Below, one piece after another: positions 22,399 to 34,016 of a stretch of DNA of 64,000 bases. The translations under genes were made by a program, and so were the position numbers. Source of the DNA: a bacterium (GTDB lineage: Bacteria; Zixibacteria; MSB-5A5; GN15; FEB-12); contig JBDRNJ010000006.1 in assembly GCA_043811375.1 (NCBI GenBank), forward strand, positions 1-64,000, written 5' to 3'. Within the stretch, counting starts at the first letter, position 1. Every line of letters starts with the position of its first letter. Under the pieces are notes generated by a model, which was not told the DNA's origin, searched no databases, and worked only from the letters and a program-made list of their open reading frames with translations.

Positions 22399-23307
22399 TT
22401 GGGACAGAAGACAAATCCGATAGGGTTGCGCCTGGGAGTGAACAAAACCTGGAGTAGCAGGTGGTACGCTTCCGGTCGGCGTTTCTCTAAGCTTCTGTAT
22501 GAGGACCTGATGATCAAACGCTATATCGGCCATCGTCTCGATAACGCCGGAGTAGCTTCAATCATCATATCGCGTGATGCCAAAAAGGTGACAATAGACA
22601 TCAACACCTCGCGTCCCGGTATCGTTATCGGTCGCAAGGGTGCTGAGGTCGATCGGTTACGCGGGGAATTGCAGATGCTGACCAACAAGGATATTATGCT
22701 TAATATCGTCGAGGTCAGAAAACCGGAATTGTCTGCCAAGCTCGTTGCTGATTCGATAGCACGCCAGCTCGAGGGTCGAGTGGCATTCCGACGGGCCATG
22801 AAGAAATCACTGGCGGCCACCATGAGAATGGGTGCCGTAGGTATCAAGATACAGTGCGGCGGCAGGCTGGGTGGCGCCGAAATCGCCCGCTCGGAGAAAT
22901 ACCGTGATGGACGGGTACCGCTGCATACCCTTAGGGCAAATATCGATTACGCCACCTCCACGGCACACACCACCCACGGGACTATCGGTGTTAAGGTGTG
23001 GATATGCCGCGGAGAGATTCTCGAGGCTGGTCGCTATGACACCGACGATGTCGAGAGACGCCCGGAAAAAGCTGATGTTCCTGAGATTGGCGGACGCCGC
23101 CGACCCAAGGACGGTGACGACCGACCACGCCGCCGACCTCGGGGTCGTATCCGTCGTGGTGGTCGTCACAGTGGACCGCCGCCCAAAGGCCGTCGCCCGG
23201 AGGCGTCATTGCCGTCTAAGGAAGCCGACCCGTCGACCGCAGGCGGTGCTGCCGAACAAACGAAACCCAATCCGCCCAAAACGCCGGATTCAACGGAGAA
23301 GTCCTGA
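22399..23307 (+). CDS. rpsC: 30S ribosomal protein S3 with C-terminal extension
   Basis: [25 protein letters not shown]-rich tail. Confidence 0.98.
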   Translation: MGQKTNPIGLRLGVNKTWSSRWYASGRRFSKLLYEDLMIKRYIGHRLDNAGVASIIISRDAKKVTIDINTSRPGIVIGRKGAEVDRLRGELQMLTNKDIMLNIVEVRKPELSAKLVADSIARQLEGRVAFRRAMKKSLAATMRMGAVGIKIQCGGRLGGAEIARSEKYRDGRVPLHTLRANIDYATSTAHTTHGTIGVKVWICRGEILEAGRYDTDDVERRPEKADVPEIGGRRRPKDGDDRPRRRPRGRIRRGGRHSGPPPKGRRPEASLPSKEADPSTAGGAAEQTKPNPPKTPDSTEKS

Positions 23308-23331
23308 GCCGGACGGATGGAGAGATAGACC

Positions 23332-23754
23332 ATGTTGATGCCCAAGAAAACGAAGTTTCGCAAAGCCCAGCGGGGACGTATGAGAGGCAAGGCCAAGGGT
23401 GGGTCGGCAGTTAATTTTGGTGAGTTCGGTCTGAAGGCGATGGAGCCTTGCTGGCTGACCAACCGGCAGATTGAGGCCGCTCGTATTGCCATGACCAGGT
23501 ACATCAAGCGTGGCGGCAAAATCTGGATCCGGATTTTCCCGGACAAGCCGGTCACCAAGAAACCCGCCGAGACACGCATGGGTAAGGGCAAAGGCGCTCC
23601 CGAATACTGGGTGGCCGTGGTCAAACCGGGTCGCATCTTGTTTGAAATCGAAGGCGTCTCGATAACACTGGCCCGCGAAGCGTTGCGACTGGCCGCCAAC
23701 AAGCTGCCGGTAAAAGCCAGGTTCGTGACACGTTCAGAGACGGAAGGAGTTTAA
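23332..23754 (+). CDS. rplP: 50S ribosomal protein L16
   Basis: [15 protein letters not shown]. Confidence 0.98.
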   Translation: MLMPKKTKFRKAQRGRMRGKAKGGSAVNFGEFGLKAMEPCWLTNRQIEAARIAMTRYIKRGGKIWIRIFPDKPVTKKPAETRMGKGKGAPEYWVAVVKPGRILFEIEGVSITLAREALRLAANKLPVKARFVTRSETEGV

Positions 23755-23756
23755 GG

Positions 23757-24035
23757 GTGCTGAAGGTTCAGGCGTTACGGGAAATGACGCGCGGGGAACT
23801 GGTGCAAAAACGCACGGAACTGTTTGAAGAGCAGTTCAACCTGCGTATGCGCAGGTCCCTTAAGTCGCTGGATAACCCTCTCCGGTTGCGACAGATACGC
23901 CGTGAAATCGCCAAAATTAAAACAATACTGAGGGAAGACGAAATCGGATTCCGCAAGCTCGCTGACACTTCGATTTCCATCCTGCCCCAGGCTGAAAAGA
24001 AACTGCCGGACATGTCCGAGCAGGAGAATGACTGA
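23757..24035 (+). CDS. rpmC: 50S ribosomal protein L29 (C-terminally extended)
   Basis: [22 protein letters not shown]. Confidence 0.94.
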   Translation: MLKVQALREMTRGELVQKRTELFEEQFNLRMRRSLKSLDNPLRLRQIRREIAKIKTILREDEIGFRKLADTSISILPQAEKKLPDMSEQEND

Positions 24036-24304
24036 TGACTGAAGAAACCACTAAGCGAAATCGACGAAAGGTGCGTCTTGGCACTGTGGTGTCGGCGAAG
24101 ATGGACAAGAGTATTGTGGTGCGGATTGATCGCACTATGCGACACCCCCTGTACTTGAAAACTTTCCGCACCTTCTCGAAGTTATATGCCCATGATGAGA
24201 ATAATGATGCCAACCGGGGTGACGTGGTGCGGGTAATGGAGACGCGACCCCTGTCGGTAAAGAAACGCTGGCGGCTACTGGAGATAGTGGAGAAGGCCAG
24301 ATAA
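24035..24304 (+). CDS. rpsQ: 30S ribosomal protein S17
   Basis: [20 protein letters not shown]. Confidence 0.97.
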   Translation: MTEETTKRNRRKVRLGTVVSAKMDKSIVVRIDRTMRHPLYLKTFRTFSKLYAHDENNDANRGDVVRVMETRPLSVKKRWRLLEIVEKAR

Positions 24305-24347
24305 TTGCCGTAGCAGCGGTCTCGAACTGTGTAAGGGTGATGAGCAA

Positions 24348-24713
24348 ATGATTCAGGAATATACGGTTCTATCGGTTGCCGACAACTCCGGAGCCAAGAA
24401 AGCGATGTGCTTCCGAATTCTGGGCGGCCGCAAAAAATACGCCTCAATCGGTGACATTATTGTTGTCACCGTGAAGGAAGCCATACCTGGCGGCGCCGTT
24501 AAGAAATCCGAGGTTTGTAAGGCGGTCGTTGTCCGGACGGCGTCGCAGATACGTCGGCGTGACGGATCCTGCATCCGCTTTTCCGATAATGCCGCTGTCA
24601 TTATCAATGACCAGCGGGAACCGCGAGGAACCCGTATTTTCGGTCCCGTAGCGCGTGAGTTGCGTGAAAAACAGTTTATGAAAATTATTTCCCTGGCCCC
24701 TGAGGTTTTGTGA
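24348..24713 (+). CDS. rplN: 50S ribosomal protein L14
   Basis: [20 protein letters not shown]. Confidence 0.98.
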   Translation: MIQEYTVLSVADNSGAKKAMCFRILGGRKKYASIGDIIVVTVKEAIPGGAVKKSEVCKAVVVRTASQIRRRDGSCIRFSDNAAVIINDQREPRGTRIFGPVARELREKQFMKIISLAPEVL

Positions 24714-24729
24714 AAGTGAGTTGCCCGAT

Positions 24730-25050
24730 ATGCAAATAAAAAAAGGTGATACCGTCTATATTCGCGCCGGTTCGTACCGTGGGAAAACCGGCCGGGTGCT
24801 GCACGCCAATCCCAGCAAGGAAAGGGTTGTGGTGGAGGGCATCAATATGAAAAAGCGTCACCAGCGACCGACCCAGAAGAACCCTAAAGGCGGCATTCTG
24901 ACTATCGAGTCCTCCGTGCATATCAGCAATGTCGCTCTCTACTCGTCAACACTGGGAGGTCCGACCCGCGTGACCATGCGCGGCATTGACGAAGGTGATG
25001 GTCGAATCAGAAAGGTTCGAATCTGCCGCAAGACCGGTGAACAGATATAG
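24730..25050 (+). CDS. rplX: 50S ribosomal protein L24
   Basis: IKKGDTV KOW motif; VHISNV. Confidence 0.96.
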   Translation: MQIKKGDTVYIRAGSYRGKTGRVLHANPSKERVVVEGINMKKRHQRPTQKNPKGGILTIESSVHISNVALYSSTLGGPTRVTMRGIDEGDGRIRKVRICRKTGEQI

Positions 25051-25061
25051 GACAGACTATA

Positions 25062-25601
25062 ATGGCAAGGCTGAAAGATAAATACCAAAACGAGATAGTA
25101 CCCAGATTGATGAAGGACGGCAGCTACTCATCGGTTATGCAGGTACCCCGGTTGCGCAAGATCACGGTCAATATCGGCGTCGGTGAGGCGGTGCAAAATG
25201 CCAAGGCACTGGAAGCGGCGGTGGCTGACCTGACCTCTATCACCGGACGCAAACCGATCGTAACCCGGGCCAAAAAGAGTATCTCCAATTTCAAGTTGCG
25301 CCAGGGAGTCTCCATCGGATGTGCCGTTACCCTGCGCAAGGATGTTATGTACGAGTTCATCGATCGGCTCATCAACGTTGCCATCCCCCGCATCCGTGAT
25401 TTCCGGGGGATTAATCCCAAATCGTTTGACGGCCATGGCAATTTTAATCTCGGTTTGCGGGAGCAACTGATCTTCCCGGAAATAGACTATGACAAGATTG
25501 ACAAAATACGCGGGATGAACATCTCCATCACAACTACCGCCAACACCGATGAAGAAGCGCATCGTCTGCTGACGGAAATGGGGATGCCTTTTAGGAAATA
25601 G
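25062..25601 (+). CDS. rplE: 50S ribosomal protein L5
   Basis: [18 protein letters not shown]. Confidence 0.98.
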   Translation: MARLKDKYQNEIVPRLMKDGSYSSVMQVPRLRKITVNIGVGEAVQNAKALEAAVADLTSITGRKPIVTRAKKSISNFKLRQGVSIGCAVTLRKDVMYEFIDRLINVAIPRIRDFRGINPKSFDGHGNFNLGLREQLIFPEIDYDKIDKIRGMNISITTTANTDEEAHRLLTEMGMPFRK

Positions 25602-25608
25602 GAAACTG

Positions 25609-25794
25609 ATGGCAAAAAAATGTCTTATAGTGAAGCAGGCGCGCAAGCCGAAGTTCAAGGTGCGGTCATACAGCCGTTGTCCACGGTGCGGCCGCCCGCG
25701 ATCGTATATTCGTCGTTTCGGATTGTGCCGTATATGCTTCAGGCAACTGGCACTGGCCGGCGAGATTCCCGGCGTGGTGAAAGCAAGCTGGTAA
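25609..25794 (+). CDS. rpsZ: 30S ribosomal protein S14, Zn-binding type
   Basis: 61 aa; RCPRCGR..GLCRIC. Confidence 0.96.
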   Translation: MAKKCLIVKQARKPKFKVRSYSRCPRCGRPRSYIRRFGLCRICFRQLALAGEIPGVVKASW

Positions 25795-25831
25795 AACAGC
25801 ACACAGAACAGGAGAGTTGGAGCCTTAGCTT

Positions 25832-26233
25832 ATGAGTATGACCGACCCGGTGGCTGATTTGCTGACGAGGATTCGTAACGCAGCCAAAGCCAGAAAGAAT
25901 GCGGTTGACATTCCCGCCTCCAATCTGAAGCGAGAGATTGTACGTATTCTGATGGAGCAGAAATTTCTTAAAGACGTGGTGGAACTTCCCGACCGGAAAC
26001 AGGGTATTCTGCGCGTGTACATCAATTACAACCGCGAGGATAATCCAATCTTAAACGGGATAAACCGAATATCACGCCCCGGTCTGCGCCGCTATGCCGA
26101 TGCCGACCAGGTACGCCGGTCAACATTTAATAACCTCGGCCTGACTGTGATTTCCACCTCCGCCGGTGTGATGACAAATTTTGACGCCGCCAAAAAAGGC
26201 GTTGGTGGCGAGATTCTCCTGAAGTGTTGGTAA
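25832..26233 (+). CDS. rpsH: 30S ribosomal protein S8
   Basis: TDPVADLLTRIRNA; SRPGLR. Confidence 0.98.
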   Translation: MSMTDPVADLLTRIRNAAKARKNAVDIPASNLKREIVRILMEQKFLKDVVELPDRKQGILRVYINYNREDNPILNGINRISRPGLRRYADADQVRRSTFNNLGLTVISTSAGVMTNFDAAKKGVGGEILLKCW

Positions 26234-26248
26234 GGAAAGGACCCGAGC

Positions 26249-26791
26249 ATGTCCCGAGTGGGAAAGAAACCGATACCGATTCCTGATAAAATCAAGGTTG
26301 ACCTTGACGATCGCCGGGTGACGGTGACCGGGCCCAAAGGCTCGCTGACCAGACCGATTCCACCCGATATGAAGGTGGCAATCGAAGACAACACCGTGAT
26401 CGTAACGCGGCCGTCCGAAATGAAGAGGCATCGCGCTCTGCACGGGCTGACTCGGGCGCTCATCAACAACATGGTGGTGGGCGTTACCGATGGTTTCACC
26501 CGAGAACTGAAGATAATTGGTGTTGGTTATCGGGCTGAGATGAAGGCTAAAAACCTCGAGTTGCATCTGGGCTATTCGCATCCGATTGTCCTGTCGCCGC
26601 CGGATGAGATTACCCTGAATGTAGTTCCCAAGGAAAACAAAATAGAAGTATCGGGAATAGACAAGGAACTGGTTGGTCTGGTGGCCGCCAAGATACGTTC
26701 TTTCCGCAAACCGGAGCCATACAAAGGCAAAGGCATCCGATATACCGATGAACACGTGCGCCAGAAGGCCGGCAAGACGGCTAGTGCCTAA
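26249..26791 (+). CDS. rplF: 50S ribosomal protein L6
   Basis: [20 protein letters not shown]. Confidence 0.98.
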   Translation: MSRVGKKPIPIPDKIKVDLDDRRVTVTGPKGSLTRPIPPDMKVAIEDNTVIVTRPSEMKRHRALHGLTRALINNMVVGVTDGFTRELKIIGVGYRAEMKAKNLELHLGYSHPIVLSPPDEITLNVVPKENKIEVSGIDKELVGLVAAKIRSFRKPEPYKGKGIRYTDEHVRQKAGKTASA

Positions 26792-26807
26792 TATGGTGGT
26801 ATGACAA

Positions 26808-27182
26808 ATGTCTAATAGAAACATAGAAAAAAACAAACGAGCCCTCCGTCGCCGCCGCCGTGTTCGCGGGACAATCAGTGGATCACAGGAACGCCCCCGG
26901 ATGACGGTAGCCAAGTCGCTCAAAAACATCTTCGTGCAGGTCATCGATGACGAAAAGAAGGTTACTCTGGCCGCGGCTGCCTCCAACTCCGGGAACGTAA
27001 AATCGGAATTGAAAGAGGGTATGACCAAGACGGAGATCGCTTTCAAAGTAGGTGAGATTGCCGCTCAGCAGGCCAAAGAGCAAGGCATCGAAACGATCGT
27101 TTTCGACCGCAACCGGTTTCGCTATCATGGACGAATCAAGGCCGTTGCCGAAGGCGCTCGAAAGAGCGGTTTGAAGTTCTGA
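26808..27182 (+). CDS. rplR: 50S ribosomal protein L18
   Basis: RPRMTV; VFDR..YHGRIKAVA. Confidence 0.97.
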   Translation: MSNRNIEKNKRALRRRRRVRGTISGSQERPRMTVAKSLKNIFVQVIDDEKKVTLAAAASNSGNVKSELKEGMTKTEIAFKVGEIAAQQAKEQGIETIVFDRNRFRYHGRIKAVAEGARKSGLKF

Positions 27183-27217
27183 GGATATATCAGCGTTTGA
27201 GATAGATGAGGTAAAAT

Positions 27218-27703
27218 TTGGCAAGATTCGAAATGAACAGCCTCGAGTTTGAGGAGAAGGTAATTAACGTCAACCGTGTGGCCAAAGTGGTCAAGGGCGG
27301 ACGTCGTTTCAGCTTCACTGCACTGGTTACCGTAGGCGACAAGAAGGGCCGGGTCGGTATCGGCCACGGTAAGGCATCAGAGGTCGCCGACGCCATCCGC
27401 AAGGGTACCGAAGCGGCCCGGCGCTCGATGACCAACGTCAGTCTGATCAAGGGTACTATCCCGCATCGCATTGACGGTCGGTTCATGGCTACCACGGTGG
27501 TGATGCGTCCGGCCTCGCCGGGTACCGGAGTAATTGCCGGTGGCGCGGTACGGTCGATTCTGGAATCGGCCGGTGTCCAGGATATCCTGGCCAAAGTCCT
27601 GGGCAGTCGCAATCCCGCTAATGTGGTCAACGCGACCATGGACGGGCTTAAACGACTGCGCACTCGCCAGCAAGAGTTACAGGCTCGAGACGAGGGGCAG
27701 TAG
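27218..27703 (+). CDS. rpsE: 30S ribosomal protein S5
   Basis: [23 protein letters not shown]. Confidence 0.98.
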   Translation: MARFEMNSLEFEEKVINVNRVAKVVKGGRRFSFTALVTVGDKKGRVGIGHGKASEVADAIRKGTEAARRSMTNVSLIKGTIPHRIDGRFMATTVVMRPASPGTGVIAGGAVRSILESAGVQDILAKVLGSRNPANVVNATMDGLKRLRTRQQELQARDEGQ

Positions 27704-27724
27704 TACCTGCAAGGAGATGGTGAC

Positions 27725-27907
27725 ATGGCCCGCATAAAAGTGACGCAAATTCGCAGCACTATAGACAGAAAAGAACCGCAGAAACGGACCATCCGGGCAC
27801 TGGGGCTGGGTAAGCTGCACCGGACTGTCGTTCACAACGACACGCCCCAGATTCGCGGTATGATTCGTGCGGTCACCCATTTGATTAAAGTGGAAGAAAT
27901 CGAGTAA
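27725..27907 (+). CDS. rpmD: 50S ribosomal protein L30
   Basis: [22 protein letters not shown]. Confidence 0.97.
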   Translation: MARIKVTQIRSTIDRKEPQKRTIRALGLGKLHRTVVHNDTPQIRGMIRAVTHLIKVEEIE

Positions 27908-27911
27908 AAAA

Positions 27912-28370
27912 ATGTCAGAGAAAGCACTCCAACTGCATACGCTGCGCCCGGCTGAAGGATCGCGACGCGAACGCCGGCGCGTGGGTCGCGGAACGGGCAG
28001 CGGACTAGGCAAAACTTCCGGGCGCGGCCACAAAGGTGCCGGCCAGCGCAGCGGACACCGTCGAGATCCGGGCCGTGAGGGCGGTCAGATGCCATTGCAT
28101 CGGCGTTTGCCGAAACACGGTTTTACCAATATCTTCAAGAAGCAGTGGCAGATCGTCAATGTTGGTGATCTTGGTCGGTGTCAGCCCGGTGATGTGACCG
28201 GCGAAACGCTTCGGGCGGCCGGCCTAGTTAAGAAACCTGACGTACCGATAAAGATCCTGGGCAACGGGGATCTGAAACAGGCCTACACCGTTAAGGTTGC
28301 TGCCTTTTCCAAAGCCGCTCAGGAGAAGATAGAAGCGGCCGGAGGAAAAGCTGAGGTGGTTCATTGTTAG
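27912..28370 (+). CDS. rplO: 50S ribosomal protein L15
   Basis: RVGRGTGSGLGKTSGRGHKG; EGGQMPL. Confidence 0.98.
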   Translation: MSEKALQLHTLRPAEGSRRERRRVGRGTGSGLGKTSGRGHKGAGQRSGHRRDPGREGGQMPLHRRLPKHGFTNIFKKQWQIVNVGDLGRCQPGDVTGETLRAAGLVKKPDVPIKILGNGDLKQAYTVKVAAFSKAAQEKIEAAGGKAEVVHC

Positions 28371-29674
28371 AAACATTTCGTTCCATCTTAAGAGTTGAAG
28401 AACTGCGAAGACGGATTCTCTTTACGCTGGCACTGTTGATTGTATACCGGATTGGCGGCCATATCCCCACCCCCGGTGTCGATGGATCGATTCTGGCTTC
28501 GGCGCTGGGGGCGAACACGCTTTTTGGAATGTTTGACCTCTTCGTCGGGGGAGCTTTCGCCAAAGCCGCCATCTTTGCGCTCGGCATCATGCCATACATT
28601 TCCGCCTCGATCATGTTTCAGCTCCTGGGAGCGGTGATACCGTACCTGCAGCGGTTACAGCGTGAGGGAGAAGAAGGCCGGCGCAAGATCACTCAGTATA
28701 CACGCTACCTGACAGTACTGATCGCTGCTCTGCAGGCCTGGGGCACGGCCGGTTATCTTACCACGGTTAAGAGTTCGGCCGGTCTGTCGGCAGTTCACAT
28801 GGATACCGCCGGGTTTATCCCGCTGACCATCCTCACGTTCACCTGCGGCACGATCTTTATCATGTGGCTGGGTGAGCAGATCACGGAGCGTGGTATCGGT
28901 AACGGTATATCTTTGATCATCTTTATTGGTATCATCGCCCGCTTCCCCGAGGGTGTTGTTCAGGAGGTGCTGCTGGTCTGGCACGGCAGCCGTGGCCTGG
29001 TGGTGGAGGTGGTCATAGTGGCCATGATGCTTCTCGTCATTGCCGCCGTTATCCTTGTTACACGTGCCCAGCGACGGATTCCGGTTCAATACCCGCGCAA
29101 GGTTATCGGTCGCCGGGTGTTCGGTGGCGCCACTACTCACCTGCCGCTGTCGGTCAATTCCGCCGGCGTCATTCCGATTATCTTCGCGCAGTCGATCATG
29201 TTTCTGCCTTCCACGGCCGCCCAGTTATTTCCCACTACGGACTGGGTCCAGAATCTGGTGGCCGTCTGGCTGGCTCCGGGAGGACTCTGGTACTCAATCA
29301 TCTACGGACTTATAATTGTGTTCTTCGCCTACTTCTATACGGCTATTGTTTTTAATCCCATGGAAATTGCCAATAATATGCGTAAGAACGGCGGCTATAT
29401 ACCAGGTATTCGACCAGGTAAAAATACATCGCAGTACATTGAGAGGATTCTCACTCGCATCACGTTGCCGGGAGCGATCTTCTTCGCCTGCATCGCCATC
29501 CTCCCCTGGGTGCTGATAGGACAGTTTAATGTCGGATTTTTCTTTGGCGGTACCGGCCTGTTGATCGTGGTGGGTGTGGCTTTGGATACGTTGCAACAGA
29601 TTGAATCACACCTGCTGATGCGGCACTACGACGGTTTTATGAAGAAAGGCAAGATTCGAGGGAGATCGATGTGA
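28364..29674 (+). CDS. secY: Preprotein translocase subunit SecY
   Basis: ALGIMPYISASI; GIGNGIS; PGIRPG; multi-TM. Confidence 0.98.
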   Translation: MLETFRSILRVEELRRRILFTLALLIVYRIGGHIPTPGVDGSILASALGANTLFGMFDLFVGGAFAKAAIFALGIMPYISASIMFQLLGAVIPYLQRLQREGEEGRRKITQYTRYLTVLIAALQAWGTAGYLTTVKSSAGLSAVHMDTAGFIPLTILTFTCGTIFIMWLGEQITERGIGNGISLIIFIGIIARFPEGVVQEVLLVWHGSRGLVVEVVIVAMMLLVIAAVILVTRAQRRIPVQYPRKVIGRRVFGGATTHLPLSVNSAGVIPIIFAQSIMFLPSTAAQLFPTTDWVQNLVAVWLAPGGLWYSIIYGLIIVFFAYFYTAIVFNPMEIANNMRKNGGYIPGIRPGKNTSQYIERILTRITLPGAIFFACIAILPWVLIGQFNVGFFFGGTGLLIVVGVALDTLQQIESHLLMRHYDGFMKKGKIRGRSM

Positions 29675-30318
29675 AGAATAACCTGGTTTTCCTGGGCCCT
29701 CCCGGTTCCGGCAAAGGCACTCAAGCCGTAAAACTGGCTGAAAAACTCACCGTTGCTCACGTATCTACCGGTGATGTTCTCCGTAACGCTGTTAAGGAAG
29801 GCACGCCGCTGGGCAAGGAAGCCGAGACCTATATGAAAAAGGGTGAGTTGGTGCCGGACCATCTGCTGGTAGGACTTATTGAGACCATGATAACCGACGG
29901 CAAGCTCAAGGACGGATTCATACTCGACGGATTTCCACGAACCGTCCCGCAGGCGGAAAGCCTTAAAGAAATGTTTGGCCGCAACCAGGTACCGTTGCAG
30001 GCTGCTGTTCTGTTTCAGGTTTCCGACTCTGAAGTGATCCGGCGATTGTCGGGTCGCTGGTTCTGTCCCCAGTGCCAGGCGACCTACAATTATCCGGCCC
30101 GGGTGCCTGAAAAAGAAGGCGTATGCGATCAGGACGGAGCGGCTCTGCAGCGTCGTCCGGACGATGAGGAAGCGGTGGTGCGCAATCGACTGGAAGTTTA
30201 CAGGAAACAGACCCGTCCGATAGAGGACTTCTATCGGCGGGAATCGGTGCTTGCTGAGATTAAAGCCGAAGGATCACCGGACGAGGTGTTTGAGGCTTTG
30301 GTCCGGGAAGTCGGGTGA
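29671..30318 (+). CDS. adk: Adenylate kinase (Zn-lid type)
   Basis: GPPGSGKGTQ; LDGFPRT; CPQC..CDQD lid. Confidence 0.98.
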   Translation: MKNNLVFLGPPGSGKGTQAVKLAEKLTVAHVSTGDVLRNAVKEGTPLGKEAETYMKKGELVPDHLLVGLIETMITDGKLKDGFILDGFPRTVPQAESLKEMFGRNQVPLQAAVLFQVSDSEVIRRLSGRWFCPQCQATYNYPARVPEKEGVCDQDGAALQRRPDDEEAVVRNRLEVYRKQTRPIEDFYRRESVLAEIKAEGSPDEVFEALVREVG

Positions 30319-30329
30319 GGTACGAGAGA

Positions 30330-31079
30330 TTGGCGATACCGCTTAAAACAAAGGAAGAAATCGAGATTATGCGTCGTGCCGGCAGGATTGTGGCCCGAAC
30401 TCTCCAGATGGTGGGCGAAAATATCCGACCCGGTATGACAACCGGTGAACTCGACCGGCTGATTGAGGATTTCATTCGCTCTCAGGGTGCCCAACCGGCT
30501 TTCAAAGGTTACCGAGGGTTTCCGGCTGCAGCCTGTATCTCAGTTGACTCCGAGGTGGTGCACGGCATACCCGGTGATCGGGCGATTATGGAAGGTGATA
30601 TCGTCTCGGTCGATACCGGTTCCCTTCTCGACGGTTTCTACGGGGATTCGGCTCGAACTTATGCCATTGGTGAGGTGTCACCGGATAAAGCCCGCCTGAT
30701 GGAAGTGACCATGAATTCATTAATGGCGGGTATTGACAATGCCCGAAAAGGCTGTAAATTGGGCGGCGTATCTGCGGCCGTGCAGAAAACGGCAGAGGCC
30801 GAAGGCTATGGAGTCGTTCGTGAACTTGTCGGCCATGGTATCGGCCGCAACATGCATGAAGAACCGCAGGTGCCCAATTTCGGACCTGAGGATGCCGGAC
30901 CGGTTCTAAAGACAGGTATGGTGCTGGCGATTGAACCGATGATCAATATGGGCACTTACCGGGTAAAAACGCTCTCCGACGGCTGGACGGTAGTAACCGC
31001 AGATGGTCAACCGTCAGCCCATTTTGAACACACCGTGGCTGTTGGTGAAAACGGCACGGAGATTCTGACGGTAGTATAG
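30330..31079 (+). CDS. map: Methionine aminopeptidase type I
   Basis: VVHGIP; GHGIG..HEEP; AIEPM; SAHFEHT; start uncertain (30315 or 30330). Confidence 0.96.
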   Translation: MAIPLKTKEEIEIMRRAGRIVARTLQMVGENIRPGMTTGELDRLIEDFIRSQGAQPAFKGYRGFPAAACISVDSEVVHGIPGDRAIMEGDIVSVDTGSLLDGFYGDSARTYAIGEVSPDKARLMEVTMNSLMAGIDNARKGCKLGGVSAAVQKTAEAEGYGVVRELVGHGIGRNMHEEPQVPNFGPEDAGPVLKTGMVLAIEPMINMGTYRVKTLSDGWTVVTADGQPSAHFEHTVAVGENGTEILTVV

Positions 31080-31087
31080 AAAGCATT

Positions 31088-31309
31088 ATGACCAAAGAAG
31101 AGACAGTCCAGGTCGAAGGTAAAGTTATCGAGACGTTGCCCAATGCCATGTTTAGGGTGGAGTTGGACAATGGACATGTAGTGCTGGCCCACATCTCCGG
31201 GAAGATGAGGATGCACTTTATCAAGATCCTTCCCGGTGACCGGGTGACTATGGAACTGTCACCTTACGATTTGACCCGCGGACGTATAACTTATCGCTAT
31301 AAGGGATGA
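31088..31309 (+). CDS. infA: Translation initiation factor IF-1
   Basis: [20 protein letters not shown]. Confidence 0.98.
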   Translation: MTKEETVQVEGKVIETLPNAMFRVELDNGHVVLAHISGKMRMHFIKILPGDRVTMELSPYDLTRGRITYRYKG

Positions 31310-31336
31310 ACATCTTGATCGGGAGCCTGGGTTGCC

Positions 31337-31453
31337 ATGAAAGTGAAATCTGCTATAAAAAAGCGCTGTGAGTATTGCAAAATTGTCAAGCGCCGGGGTG
31401 TTTTGAGAGTAATCTGTTCCCGCAGCCCCAGCCACAAGCAGCGTCAAGGGTAG
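31337..31453 (+). CDS. rpmJ: 50S ribosomal protein L36, not in ORF track
   Basis: Hand translation [38 protein letters not shown]. Confidence 0.96.
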   Translation: MKVKSAIKKRCEYCKIVKRRGVLRVICSRSPSHKQRQG

Positions 31454-31492
31454 TACGACAATTATTGATGACCAGTTGTTGAGGAGATAGAA

Positions 31493-31879
31493 TTGGCACG
31501 AATATCTGGAGTTGACCTGCCCAAGGAGAAAAGGATCGAAATTGGCCTTAGATATATCTTTGGCATCGGACCTACGGTGGCAGCGGAAATACTCAAGAAG
31601 ACCGGTATTAATCCGGATACCCGGGTACGCACCCTCTCTGACGAGGATGTAACCAAGCTGAGGCATGTGATCGAAAACGACTACAATGTCGAAGGTGGCC
31701 TGCGCGGAGAGATCTCTATGAATATCAAGCGACTGGTCGACATCGGCTGTTACCGTGGCCTTCGCCACCGTCGCGGCCTGCCGGTACACGGTCAGCGTAC
31801 GAAAACCAATGCTCGTACCCGCAAAGGTCCGCGACGCGCTATCGGTGGCTTGAAACGCAAACCGTTGGCGAAAAAGTAG
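31493..31879 (+). CDS. rpsM: 30S ribosomal protein S13
   Basis: [22 protein letters not shown]. Confidence 0.98.
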   Translation: MARISGVDLPKEKRIEIGLRYIFGIGPTVAAEILKKTGINPDTRVRTLSDEDVTKLRHVIENDYNVEGGLRGEISMNIKRLVDIGCYRGLRHRRGLPVHGQRTKTNARTRKGPRRAIGGLKRKPLAKK

Positions 31880-31909
31880 CTAACTATCTGTTCATTATGA
31901 GGAGTGAAA

Positions 31910-32305
31910 GTGGCAGATCCTAAGAAAAAAGGACGCACCAAAAGAAAAACCGGTCGGGTAGAGGCCAGTGGTATCGTCCACGTTAAGGCGACTTTCAACA
32001 ACACCATTGTGACTATAACCGACGCGGCCGGGAAAACGATATCCTGGGGTTCCGCCGGCAAGGTGGGATTCAAAGGCTCAAAAAAGTCAACGCCCTTTGC
32101 AGCCCAGTTGGCCGCCTCCGAGGCTGCCAAGGAGGCTATGGGCCTGGGTCTGCGAAAGGTAGAAGTCTGGGTTAGAGGTCCCGGCTCCGGGCGGGAAGCG
32201 GCTATCCGATCGCTGTCGGCAGCCGGCCTGGAAATCGCCATCATCAAAGATGTCACCCCGATCCCACATAATGGTTGTCGGCCGCCCAAGCGACGGCGGG
32301 TGTGA
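31910..32305 (+). CDS. rpsK: 30S ribosomal protein S11
   Basis: [26 protein letters not shown]. Confidence 0.98.
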   Translation: MADPKKKGRTKRKTGRVEASGIVHVKATFNNTIVTITDAAGKTISWGSAGKVGFKGSKKSTPFAAQLAASEAAKEAMGLGLRKVEVWVRGPGSGREAAIRSLSAAGLEIAIIKDVTPIPHNGCRPPKRRRV

Positions 32306-32354
32306 TGGATTATGGGAATCAGGTGGTGTCAACGTTCGACAATGAGGAGTATTG

Positions 32355-32984
32355 ATGGCTCGCTATCGTGACTCTAATTGCAAATTATGCCGTCGGGAAG
32401 GTGAAAAGCTGTTTCTGAAAGGCACCCGCTGTATGAGTGACAAATGTGCGGTGGAAAGACGGCAGTATGCTCCCGGACAGCACGGACAGCGTATGCGCCG
32501 CAAGATATCGCCCTACGGTATTCAGTTGAGGGAAAAGCAGAAAGTGAAACGTGCCTACGGACTATTGGAGAGGCAGTTCCGCAACTATTTCAGGAAGGCT
32601 GATCGCGGGAGCGGTGTGACCGGAGAGATCCTGCTGCAGCTTTTGGAGACGCGGCTGGATAACATGGTTTACCGCCTGGGTTTTGCGTCATCACGCAAGG
32701 CTGCCCGACAACTGGTCCGTCATCGACATATAACCGTCAACGAGCATATAGTGAATATTCCCTCGTTTCAGGTTAAACCAAATCAGGTTATCCGGGTCAA
32801 GGAGAAATCCAAGAACCTGGAAATGATACATGCTGCTCTCAAGGAGGTCGGACGCGGCGATGAATATCCGTGGATACGATTGAACAAGGCCGCACTGGAA
32901 GGCGAACTGCTGGAAATTCCCAAGCGGATCGATATTCCATTACCGGCCAACGAGCAGTTAATAGTGGAGCTGTATTCCAAGTAA
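32355..32984 (+). CDS. rpsD: 30S ribosomal protein S4
   Basis: [23 protein letters not shown]. Confidence 0.98.
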   Translation: MARYRDSNCKLCRREGEKLFLKGTRCMSDKCAVERRQYAPGQHGQRMRRKISPYGIQLREKQKVKRAYGLLERQFRNYFRKADRGSGVTGEILLQLLETRLDNMVYRLGFASSRKAARQLVRHRHITVNEHIVNIPSFQVKPNQVIRVKEKSKNLEMIHAALKEVGRGDEYPWIRLNKAALEGELLEIPKRIDIPLPANEQLIVELYSK

Positions 32985-33015
32985 GCAATTGACCTACTGG
33001 GAGGTTTTGCATCAG

Positions 33016-33999
33016 ATGAAGTGGAAACCACTCACCATGCCCAAGGAGGTCGTTAACGACCTGTCCTCGGCCACTGAGAATTACTCGCGTTTTACCATTG
33101 AACCGCTGGAACGCGGCTACGGCACGACTCTCGGCAACTGCCTGCGACGGGTTCTGCTTTCGTCGATTCAGGGGGGCGCGATTGTATCAATGCGCATCAC
33201 CGGTTGCCTGCACGAATTTTCCACCATCAAGGGTGTCTACGAAGATGTTACTGACCTGGTTTTGAATGTCAAAGGCATTCGTGTCAGGATGCATGCCGAC
33301 GACATGCGTACCATCACCTTGAAGGCGTCCGGAAAAGGCAAACTGACGGCCGGTATGCTGCAGGGAGACACGGAAGTAGAAATACTCAACCCTGATCATC
33401 ACATCTGCGAATTGACCGATGATATCGACTTTGAAATGGAACTCGACGTTGATTCGGGCCGCGGCTATAACGTTGCCGAGGGCAACAAGCGGCCCGATAC
33501 ACCGGCCGGGACGATTTTCATCGACTCCCTTTTCTCACCGGTTACCCGGGTATCTTATCATGTCGAAAATACCCGCGTGGGACAAAGAACCGACTATGAC
33601 CGGCTCATTACTGAGATCACTACCGACGGCTCCATTACACCCGAAGATGCCCTCAGCTATGCCGCCAAGCTGGTCAAAGATCACCTGCAGTTGTTCATTC
33701 ATATGGATGAGGAAGTCCTGATCAAGGAAGAGCCCGAAGAGGACGAAGAGACGGTCCGCGTTCGTAATCTTCTGAGAACCCGCGTCGACGAATTGGAGCT
33801 GTCCGTGCGTTCATCGAACTGCCTGCGGGCCGCCAATATCCAGACGCTGCAGGACCTCGTCACCAAGACGGAAGCGGAAATGCTCAAATACCGCAATTTC
33901 GGACGCAAGTCACTCAACGAAATCAGCTCCATCCTGGAAGAGTTGAATCTTTCACTGGGAATGGAGATATCCAAGTTCACGGAACCGCAATCAAGTTAG
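33016..33999 (+). CDS. rpoA: RNA polymerase alpha subunit
   Basis: EPLERGYGTTLGN; LSVRSSNCL; NFGRKSL. Confidence 0.98.
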   Translation: MKWKPLTMPKEVVNDLSSATENYSRFTIEPLERGYGTTLGNCLRRVLLSSIQGGAIVSMRITGCLHEFSTIKGVYEDVTDLVLNVKGIRVRMHADDMRTITLKASGKGKLTAGMLQGDTEVEILNPDHHICELTDDIDFEMELDVDSGRGYNVAEGNKRPDTPAGTIFIDSLFSPVTRVSYHVENTRVGQRTDYDRLITEITTDGSITPEDALSYAAKLVKDHLQLFIHMDEEVLIKEEPEEDEETVRVRNLLRTRVDELELSVRSSNCLRAANIQTLQDLVTKTEAEMLKYRNFGRKSLNEISSILEELNLSLGMEISKFTEPQSS

Positions 34000-34016
34000 G
34001 CCGCCGCGAGTAACAC

